A DNA stretch of 64,000 nt from Raillietiella orientalis. Lineage: Eukaryota. The translations under genes were made by a program, and so were the position numbers. The DNA is taken from positions 620,001 through 684,000 of the forward strand of contig JAYWIR010000046.1 of NCBI GenBank assembly GCA_036172245.1. Direction: 5' to 3'. This document shows positions 14,647 to 24,700 of the stretch, piece by piece; position 1 is the stretch's first letter; each line of letters starts with the position of its first letter. The notes below the pieces were generated by a model. The model was not told where the DNA came from. It searched no databases and saw nothing but the letters and a program-made list of their open reading frames with translations.

Positions 14647-14990
14647 TCACTGGCGCGGAGGGGAATCGAGAATGCCCAAGTAGCCGGAACACCACGGCCG
14701 GAGAGGTGAAGGCGCTGCCGATGCGGTCGCCAAACCGGGTCGGGTCGCGACAGACCTAGTGGCTCCGGGAAGGGCGAAACCACCTCGAGAAGATTCACAG
14801 CCCTCCCTGAGGAGCACCTCGGGGAACCCCTTGCTCTCTGAGGAGGGAAATGCGATTATGCGGAGTTCAACTCGGCCTCTCCACCCCTGGAGTTCCTCGT
14901 GACCTCGTGTCAGGCTCCTTCGACGAGCGCCAAAAGCCGGGAAAGAGGGAACTGCCGTAAGGAGGCTCCCCGGGTTCCCGGGGGTTGCTG
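14647..14990 (-). CDS. Candidate exon 6 / terminal coding exon of the KHDRBS-like gene
   Basis: Long pyrimidine tract ending ctctcttgccag at 14991. A phase-1 join to exon 5 stays open (AATPGNPGS...SSRGGFALPGATRS...PPRQ*) to TGA at 14649-14647. No conserved motif; an alternative acceptor near 14807 is possible. Confidence 0.35.
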
Positions 14991-15580
14991 CTGGCAAGAG
15001 AGGACCCCAGGGCAGAAGCAGAAGGATCAGAGAGAGGTGAGCGCGTGACATCAGGCAGGCGACTGCCGCTGGGGGCGACCCCGACCCGCCTTCTGTCCGA
15101 GCCAATGGCCCGGTGCTTCGAAATGCGCCGACTCTCGGAGTCTCGGGCACAGCTTCCAGCCAGGGGTCTTCCCTACTACTAGGGGATGGTCTCTTCCCTG
15201 CGCAGGTAGCCCTCCTCTCTTCCCGACCACGCCCAGGGCATAGCTCACTCCGGCAAGATGAGCTCCCATGGGTCTCCCTCCCAAAGGAGGCGCCACGGCT
15301 TCGGGGAGATCAACCCCGTGAGATGTCCCCCTTGTGAGAGGGAGCCCTAGCTCCGGGGGGAAGGGACAGGACTCTTCTGGGTCCTATCTTTGCAGGAACA
15401 AAAGGCAAAGGTCACGCGCGTGAGGCACAAATGGCCCCGGAGCATGCCACAGGGGGCAGGTCGACAGGTGCGGCTGCAAGCGCTCCTGGGCGGCGTGCCC
15501 CTTTTCACGGCCGTCCTCCGATCTTCCTCCCTCGCCACTCCGCGGCTCCGGAAACGCTTCCGGAGGGGAGGCACCCTCAC

Positions 15581-15740
15581 CTAAAAGCTGACTCCTTGTC
15601 CTCGGCGGCTCCGCGCCGGCGGCTCCATAGCAGCTCCTGAAGGACTTGCGGGGGGAGACGGGGTCGTCGGAGCCCAGCTTGAGGTTGCTCAGCATCCTCA
15701 TCTCCCGCATCTGCTCCAGCCTGATGCCGTCATTGTAATC
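15581..15740 (-). CDS. KHDRBS: KHDRBS-like exon 5 (160 nt, QUA2 and linker)
   Basis: Acceptor ctgcttccccag|GAT, donor TTAG|gtgagg (phase 1); encodes [53 protein letters not shown], continuing the LVP-DxxDxIxxEQ motif. Confidence 0.9.
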
Positions 15741-18700
15741 CTGGGGAAGCAGAGGCGACGCCCTGTCGGGTCGAGGACAGGCATGAGCCCCGCGAGCGAG
15801 GGCCATCTGGGGCGCGGGGCGCTGAGGTCTGCTCGGGGAACCACCCACATCTCTGCGCGATCTCAGGCGTCTCCGTGCCCTCCGGTGGCAAGTCAGGGCG
15901 GCTGCGGGCAGGAGAACCCAGGCAGCCCTCACTCGCCCCGCGGAAGGCAGGTGAATTGCTCCCTCTCCTAGCCCAGAGGAGCGCGGAGGCAGGTTCTTGT
16001 TTTTCCCCTCTACCTCCTGAGGTGTTACCCCCTGGAAGAAAGGGCCATATCCCAACCCCTTTTGAGGGAAGCCCTCTCCCTTGCGCTCCTGAAAATGCCC
16101 TCCCTCTTCCCTGCGTGGACTGCTCTTTCGTTCGGGGGCTAGTAAATGGCACCCCACAAAGTTTTCTTCCCTCTTCTTTCCCCCATTCTGGAAGGGCTGA
16201 ATTCGACGCAGGCGGGCATCTGAGCCCCAAGGTCCCCGTGGGACTGGACTCCCGGGACTCTACACAGGATCGCCACCGGTCTCTTTATGTAGATCGGCCG
16301 GCAGCGCTGCCCCTCCTGCGGACCAGCGGGGGTCCGAACCCAGGGTGTGCCCTTTCGCCGGCGGAGGACTGAGCCAGCTGCTCTCGAGATGGGAGCTGGA
16401 GGGGAGAGAGGGGAGACGCCTGACAGCCAATTGCTCGCCGTAGGGCATCGCAGCACTGATCTCGGAGGCCACGGGCGACGTACTTCCCCGAGGGCCCGGC
16501 GTGGACCGGAGACAATACGGAGCCCTTTCCACCCGGGGCAACGACAGGCCGGAAGGCCGGGTCCCTCTCAGCGGATGGTGGCAGTGACTCCGCGCGCGAC
16601 GGTTTTGCGGTGGTGGAGGCGGGGGGAGATCCTCTTAGGCCGAGGGCGGCCTTCAGGGGGGCAGTGCCCTTTCGACGGCCGCAGCTGCCGCGGAGCTGCG
16701 AGAAGGAAGGGGACCACAGTCGGGGGCGGCCCGAAGATCCAGGGATGCCGGAGGGAGAGTTGCGCGCGCGCAAAGGAGAAGGTGGTCCTTGCGAGGATCG
16801 GATACGGACCCCGAACCGCCCGGGACCATGCGATGGGGATTCTCCCGACTCTTCTCGAAAAGGCGCATGGTCCAGAAGCGTCCTCAGGGACACTAGAGGG
16901 GAGAGCGGCGCGCTGGCAACTCCCTCTCCTGTCGCGCTCTTCGTTCCCATCTGTCCGGGCCTCTTGAAAGCGGTTGACGGTGTACGGGATCGAGAGCGGG
17001 GATGCCGCTCTCTCGGGAGGATCGGCCCTTCCTGGAGGACCTGAAATTTCAGGAAGAAGAGCGAGCGCGGACGAGGAGACTAAAACAGAATCTACGACTC
17101 CTGCACGGAGAATAACGGCTTCTGGGACTGCACCTCAGGGCACGAGGCACTCATGTCGTGCTCTTCGCCCCCGATCTTTCCATGCTGGTCCTGTTGCTCC
17201 TGGATGGCGCCGACGAACGAATCGAAATCCCAGCTCGCAGTACCGCCCGCGCTCCCTCCCCTGCGGGTACTCTGGCAGCCCGGCGGCCTGCCCCGGCGGA
17301 CTCGCTGGCACTCCGGGACCATCGAAGCTCCAGCGAAGGGTGGGCTGCGCTCGGGAGACACCCAGAGAATTCGCAAGGATCTCGGACGTCGGCTGGAGCC
17401 CGACTTCCGGACATCCGGGCGGTTGTTTTTGGCGCGAGGAATTTCCGCCCTCGGCGAATCCCTCTGCTGGTCTGGAGTCTCCTGAGCCCAGGACCTCGCA
17501 TCCTGAGTCACTGCAGACTCAAGAAGCCTCCTAGACAGAGACGCTCTGACGCCACTCCGCCTTCCGGGACGGCGCTCAGGAAACATCAGGAAACGATCCT
17601 CTTTGCCAAAGGAGGCCAGTGTCCACAAGAGCAGCAAAGGAAAACAATCAGGTTGCTCTTTCCCTCCCCTCCCTTCCTTTTTCATCCGCGTGCTCACGTA
17701 GAATTGAACCACTTTCCAGAGCCGCACCTGCAAAGACGGGTGGCGAGGGATCGGTGGTTCCAGACGAACCCAGAGGCCGCCGTGTGCCCTCTGGACTTTT
17801 CTCACCTTCAGGGTATCCTTCTGCGGTGCCACCGCCGATGCAGTGAGTTAGCAGCTGCGCCTCCCGCAGTGGATGACCACCCTAGGGAAGCGCAAAACTC
17901 CTTGCCTCCTGCGGGCCGATCGGGCTCAGTCTCTTGCTCTCGGGAAAGATATGCCACCACCCTGGCCACCAGGAAAACATGATCCACCCACACCCAGAGA
18001 CTCGGATGTCTCGGCGACCCAATCGACTTTCCTTGCATTCTTCTTTTCCCTCCAGATGGGCAGCCTGGATGGCGCTGAGCAAACTCTCTTCCTCCCTTCT
18101 TGCTCCCCTTTTTCCTCCTTTTCTTCTCTTCCTTCCCTCCTTCTGTTCCTCCTCATGAACCTCCTTTCCCCTCTTCCATCTCGGACGAGAGGAGCGGTTT
18201 GGTTCCCTGTTCCCCCGGAACTCCCCTCTGCGTCAGAGTTCCCACTTCTCCCTGCGCCGGCAGCGAGCCTGAGGCAGCTCCCTTCCATGGTCTCTCGAAG
18301 CCTCAGTCTCCTTCTTCTCGCTCTCCTTTCGCTCCCTACCGAACGTGCTGATGATCCTGGGTGCACAGCATTCCGGTCAGATGAGATCTCTGCGTTCAGG
18401 GATATCATCTGGCGGAAGAGGCTTCATTCGCCCGTTTGAGCATCGGTCAACCCGTCTCTCAGAAGGGAGACTCCCCTGTCCTTGTCCCTGCCCCCATGGG
18501 CCGTCTCCTTCTTCCGTATCTTGGAACATCTCCCCGAGGTCATGTACTGACGGACAGCCTCGCTGCCCACGGGGGCCACTCTGCTCAGAAGAATAGGCGC
18601 CAACCCTTCCTTTCGCCCCTCTCCTTGTGGAGCATAGTCAGCCGCTGCACGGCGCAGCCCTCTCAACTCTTCGCGCCCTGCTCCTGTCAGCTGCCCTGCG

Positions 18701-21700
18701 CTCACCCCTTAGGAAGAGCTGACCCCAGATCCAGCTGTGAACGGCAGGGACTGTCATCTGCGACCCCCACTGAGGTCCCCTCCGCCGCCTCCGCATTGGC
18801 AGGAGGTTTCGGAGTGATCCAACCTGAGCTCGCGGGCGCACCCTGTGGTAAGATGGCGGGGACTCTCACCGGGACCAGGTATCTGCGGATTTCGGACAGG
18901 GCGAGGGCGATGCGGGCGTGTGCCTCCGCTGGAGGGGCGTGGGCGCTGACTTCCACGTGGAGCTCCTCGTACAGGTGACCGTACCTGGGGTCGCGCGAAG
19001 ACCGGAGCTCTTCTTCCTGGGGACACACACAGAAGATGCCTCTCAGGAGGTCTGCCTCTCGCTTCGCCTCCGTTCCTCCTGGAGACGGGCAGCGCCCAGG
19101 GGGGAGGAGGGATTAGATCGGCACACCAGGTGGCGCGATCCCCTCTCGCCCTCTTTAGCGGCGGGTGGCCCGGAAACGCCTCATCCAGGGCGCTCAGGTC
19201 CCTGAAGCGTGTTTGTGGCTTCGGCGGAGACCAGGGCCCCGTGGGGTCACTAGGCTCACTTACGCTCGCTTCCGGGAGCCTCAGGAGCGGAAGTTGATTC
19301 CTGTCCGTTTCGCCTTGAGGGTCCGTGGCAGCAGAGGACAGGCTTCCCGGGAAGCACGGGGCAACCCAAGGGGCAGATCCGAAGGGAGGGTCTCCGGGCT
19401 TACCTTCTGCTTGTCCCTCATGGAGCCCCGCCCCAGAATGGCGATCCTCGTCACGGTGTCCTCCTGCAGCCTCTTCAGCGAGTTCCCGTTCGGGCCGAGC
19501 AGCTTTCCAACGAAGTTGAACTGCAAGGGAGGCAGGGAGGCGTTGGCGGGAGGGCGAGGAAGACCAGACCGCCGCCTCCGCGTTCTTCTCCCCCCTGCAC
19601 CTGTCAGCAGGAGGGGGGAAGGGGTCCCGGGTCTTCCGCCCGAGCGGAGGCAAGGGACCACGCGAGGACGAGGGCCGTGGCCGACGCCCCGCCCGGCTGC
19701 AGAGCCCCTCCAGGGAGGGTGCTCCCGTCTTCACGCCGGTCGGGCTCCCTCACCTCACCTTGGGGTGATCCTTGACTGGGACGAGCACTCGACAGGACAC
19801 TCGGATGTGCTTGTCCTTCGCCACGTCCACGAACTTCCGGTCCTCCTTGCTAAGCGGTTTCCCCCCGTTCTGGATCCTCTCGATCTCTGGAAGCAGAAGA
19901 GAGTATGGTAAGAGCAAGCATGGGAAGCATGAAGGAGCTCCTGGCGGGTCACTTGAGCCAGTGACTGCACTGCTCCTCCCCCAAGAACACTAGTAAACGA
20001 TCACGTCTTCATAACAGTATTCTCGTTCCCGTGCTTTTTTAGGAGAGCCAGGGAAAAGGGGAAAGAAGGGCGAAGAGTCGTGGACTGAAAGGGTCTTCAC
20101 CCATCCTCAGTACTCTTCTGCCACTGAGGACATGGAGCGAGCTACGTGAGGAAAGCAGAGGAAGGGAAGAGGAGGAGGAGGAAGGGAAGAGGAGGAGGAA
20201 GGGAAGAGGAGGAGGAGGAAGGGAAGAGGAGGAGGAAGGGAGGAGGAGGAGGAAGGGAGGAGGAGGAGGAAGGGAGGAGGAGGAGGAAGGGAGGAGGAGG
20301 AGGAAGGGAGGAGGAGGAGGAAGGGAGGAGGAGGAGGAAGGGAGGAGGAGGAGGAAGGGAGGAGGAGGAGGAGGAAGGGAGGAGGAGGAGGAAGGGAGGA
20401 GTCCCTTCCTTCCTCATCCATACTCAAGCAGGATGGGTCACGTGCGTCTTTCGTGAGCCGTCCCGCGTGAGGCACTCCCCGACTGAGCCCGTGCGCGCTG
20501 CAAATGGACTCTGCTGGAGCTCTGGTGCTCTAGTGCTCCGAGCTCGTGTTCCCGACCACGGCAAGGTGCTGAGGCCGTGTCAATGTCACTCCCCTGGGGG
20601 AGTTCCGCTTCGTGACCCTGCACGATCGCATTCTGACCTGGGACAGGGAGACTGGAGATAACCTTCCCCTTCTCCCTATCCCCGGAGCGGGTGGAGGCAC
20701 ACAGTGCGAGTGAGACTCAAATCCGAGACCATGATGCGCAGGTTGAGAAGAGCAGAACGTCCAAGTGTTTGCTCAGAGCTGGTCAAGGCAGCCTAGAGGG
20801 AGGGCAGAGCTCTCTGCATTTTTCCACGGCTCCCTTCGATCCCTAACGTTCTCGGAGCGCTTGTCCTATGGTGCCCAACTCCAGAGCAGGGCCACCGAGC
20901 CTGTCATTAGGCGATCGCCCCTTCCGCCGCGTCCTCCTTACGCGGAAGGTCGGATGCCGAGACCACGAGAGATAAAACTCCAAATGGGCGTTTCCCGATG
21001 TGGGTTCGTGGAGTGCACGGTCCTACCCCTGGCTATCGAGACCAGGGCGGCCACTCTACGGCTGATCATGTTGCGCCGTTCTCTCTGGTTCGAGGGCCCT
21101 GGGTGTGCTCACGGTGACTTTCCGCTCTCCCGTTCCTCCGTTCGGCAGTCATCCCAGAGAGGGCGCTGCCCACTCGGCTGCCGCGCTCGCCCGTGAATGT
21201 TCCAGGACATTCCTCTTCGATCGCGTCGTCCCCGCATCCGCGACTAAAAGCGAGCAAAGTTGCATCATCGCGTTCTGAAGATTTTATGAGGCCTCGTTTT
21301 CCTCTCCCGTTGCTCCGCGACACGCACTCTGTGCTAGGAAGCTCGCGGTCGCCGGGGCCAATCCGAGGAGGAAAAATTCGATTAAGACGGTACGTCCCCA
21401 TTTCGCAATTTATCGGGGTTCGTTCTCCTGTCAGTCGAACTTCGTGGCACGGGAGGCTGCTGGCGAAGCGTCTGCGGAGGGACAGCGGGAGCAGACCCAC
21501 GCTCCTCGCTATGCTGGGCGTGCTGCGGAAGATGCCAGATCCGAGACTGGGCAGTCGTGCCCCTACCGGCGGGGTTCTATGCTCGATAGAAATCCGGGAT
21601 CTCCTCGGGATCTTTCCAGCGTGGCCAACCCCGTGCTGGAAGCACCTGTCTTCGAGAGATTTCGCTTTCCTCCTTCGGGAGCAGGCATAAGTCTCGACCT

Positions 21701-24700
21701 TCATGCAGACGAGACATGGCGTGATTTCCCCCTCCCCGTCCCGCAAGTCGATCGCCAAAGGGAAGGTGAGAATCACGCCGGGTTCTCTTCGGAAGGAAGT
21801 CAGCCATTTTCTTCCTTCCGAACTCGCTTCGAGCGCCCTTCCAGGCATCCCCAAGATCGGGATCATTGTCCGTCCTGGCCACTCACAGACGGAACCGACA
21901 AAGGCGGCCTGCTAAGGGTCTGGGCTGGCCCAAGTCTCCGGTTTCGCGTCCTCACGAAAGCGTCGAGGTGCAGACTGCTCGCTCGGAGGCGCCTTCCCGC
22001 ACGGACTTCATCTCTCTGCGGGTGCCCATTCTCGCCAAAGAGGGGGCGTCGCGGACGTCTTTCAGCACCTTTCAGCACAGATAAGTAGTCGGACCCTGTG
22101 GGCGTGCCCTTCTTCCTCCCATGCAGCCCTCGGAGGGGAAGGTGGTGTGTAGCGCCTTGAGGGCGAACTCAGGGATCGCAGCAACTTGCGCCCGTGTCAT
22201 TGTGGCTTCAGGTGTCGCGTTGCGATCCCGGCGCGGTGCGAAAACGACAAGGGACGCTCTGGAGTACGATTCTCACGTGACCCGACTTTTTTGACAGCTT
22301 CTTTTGCGTGTCTTCGCTTTCTTTGTCCACTTTTTTTTGCCTGAACAAAACGAGGTCTAAGAGCTTCTCGATGCTTCCAGTTCTACGTATCCAACGCTTC
22401 ACTGTGAAACCAACCTTCATTTCTATTCTTCCACCGCTGAGTAAAAATGCTACTGCCTTTAATAGCAGATCTTTAATCACTTTTCTTCTTTTAATGTTAA
22501 TGTTATACAAAGTGCAGCGGTAAAGACTACTATAGTTTCTCCAGATGCAAAGAGTATATGAAAGGGAAGTTGGAGCAGTTGGCAGAGCGCGAGAATTTTC
22601 AGACTCTAGAGAAAAAGCGTGACCCTGGAATCAGGGATGCTCCGCTGATCCTCTGGTGGAGACTCTTTCTTGTGGCGCACCGGCCACCAAGAGTGCATTG
22701 TGCTTCAGACCGACCTGCAAGCGAGAAGAAATGAGGGGGGGAGGCAGGGTCGATGGGTGAGGTTCCGGACCTCCCCCTACACCGGTTTGGAATAGGAAGA
22801 CCCTCTTGGGAACCGGGGCTGAAGATCGACCAAAGACGAGAAGAAGGGAAAGAATTCGAGTAGGGAGGCCATGTGAAAAAAGGGAAGGGAGGAGGGAGGT
22901 CGACAAGAGAGAAGGCAGAGGAGTCCCAGGAGCAGCCGCAGTCACTCTCCTTGCTGCCGCCCAGGAACTCAGGGATGAAGGGAGCAGTATCGGAAGGTGG
23001 GAAGATTCAGGTGTTTCCTCCACGGCTTGGGAGGAGTCGGTATCCTCCTCGACAACCCCGTGCAGGGAAGAAGTCTAACCCGACGCCCGCAGGCGGCTGG
23101 TCCCCAGCGAGCTCTCCCTGCCGACCTCGGCAATCGCGATCTCCCACGGCATCCGACCAATGGCGAAATCATACCAGCTCTTCCCTATAAAGGGGGCCGT
23201 TGACCACAGGTCTGGATTCAGGCGCGCTCCAGACTCGTACCCCGAGCGGCCACGACCTCCTCTCCGCGAGGTAAGGGAGGGCGTGGCCTCTTCCTCCCCG
23301 GAAAGCGGTCACAGAATCGCGCGGTAGAGATCAGACCGGAGGCAGCTTCAGGTCGCAGACTCTGAGCTCGCCACAGCAAACATGGGACGCCCTTGCGCTT
23401 GGAAGGTGACGGCGCCAACAGAAGAGCAAACGGTAATCTCGAAGCCTCCTGGATTCGAGGGAGCGGCTGCCGTAGCGAAGAAGGGCATCGCTTCTTCCTC
23501 TCAGAAGTGACCCCCGTGGGCAGCGAGGCTGTCCGTCAGTACATGACCTCGGGGAGATGTTCCAAGATACGGAAGAAGGAGACGGCCCATGGGGGCAGGG
23601 ACAAGGACAGGGGAGTCTCCCTTCTGAGAGACGGGTTGACCGATGCTCAAACGGGCGAATGAAGCCTCTTCCGCCAGATGATATCCCTGAACGCAGAGAT
23701 CTCATCTGACCGGAATGCTGTGCACCCAGGATCATCAGCACGTTCGGTAGGGAGCGAAAGGAGAGCGAGAAGAAGGAGACTGAGGCTTCGAGAGACCATG
23801 GAAGGGAGCTGCCTCAGGCTCGCTGCCGGCGCAGGGAGAAGTGGGAACTCTGACGCAGAGGGGAGTTCCGGGGGAACAGGGAACCAAACCGCTCCTCTCG
23901 TCCGAGATGGAAGAGGGGAAAGGAGGTTCATGAGGAGGAACAGAAGGAGGGAAGGAAGAGAAGAAAAGGAGGAAAAAGGGGAGCAAGAAGGGAGGAAGAG
24001 AGTTTGCTCAGCGCCATCCAGGCTGCCCATCTGGAGGGAAAAGAAGAATGCAAGGAAAGTCGATTGGGTCGCCGAGACATCCGAGTCTCTGGGTGTGGGT
24101 GGAACACGTTGCTCTGGATGTTTCTTGTTTGAATTGCAGTGGGACGAAAATCCTCAAAGGGATATCCCAGTGAGGGGCGAAGATGGGGAGGCCGATGATT
24201 AGCTTCCACCGGATGATGGCGCCTCCTAGTTGTCGAAATCCATTCCGTTTTACGGATGCTGGGAGACATCCCGGAATTTCCTGAACACTGTGGAGGCGTG
24301 TTCTCATATGAGGATATTTCTGTCTCTTGTTTCTCGTGTTTAAAGACAGCTCTGACGCGTCCCATCCGCCGATTCCAATGACTGCTTTTTTTCCCTTCAG
24401 TTGAAAGAAAAGACAGAAGCGTGCTAGTCGCATGCTCAAGGCATCATTTGCATCAGTGGACCCAGAAAGACTTTTGTTTGACTTGCCTCACGCAAATCCT
24501 GCACACATCAGGGAACTCTGAAGCGTCCCAAGCTGCGCACCTGTTGCGGAGATGGACCCGTAACCGAAATGTATCTTTATGCGTGGTCCTTATCCACGCG
24601 GTATTTCCAGAAAATGGAAGCTGTGACCATTTCCAGAGCACTCCAGACATCGAAGTGCCTCCAGTCTTTCAGTGTGAGCAACGATGTGGAATGCTCTTTC

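Noticed and set aside
20107..20661. Poly-E/R/G and poly-P/S/L ORFs
   Set aside because: Translations of the purine minisatellite.
9840..23741. Dozens of overlapping 100-330 aa ORFs on both strands (e.g. 9840..10829, 17158..17982, 18754..19734, 21066..21866)
   Set aside because: R/P/G/S-rich with no recognisable domains; expected from stop-codon scarcity in GC-rich DNA. Only the exon segments listed are supported.
17983..24103. The inverted-repeat pair as TIRs of a DNA transposon or Pack-MULE that captured the exons
   Set aside because: No target-site duplication and no internal transposase; the enclosed exons are colinear and in phase with exons 1 and 5 outside the pair.
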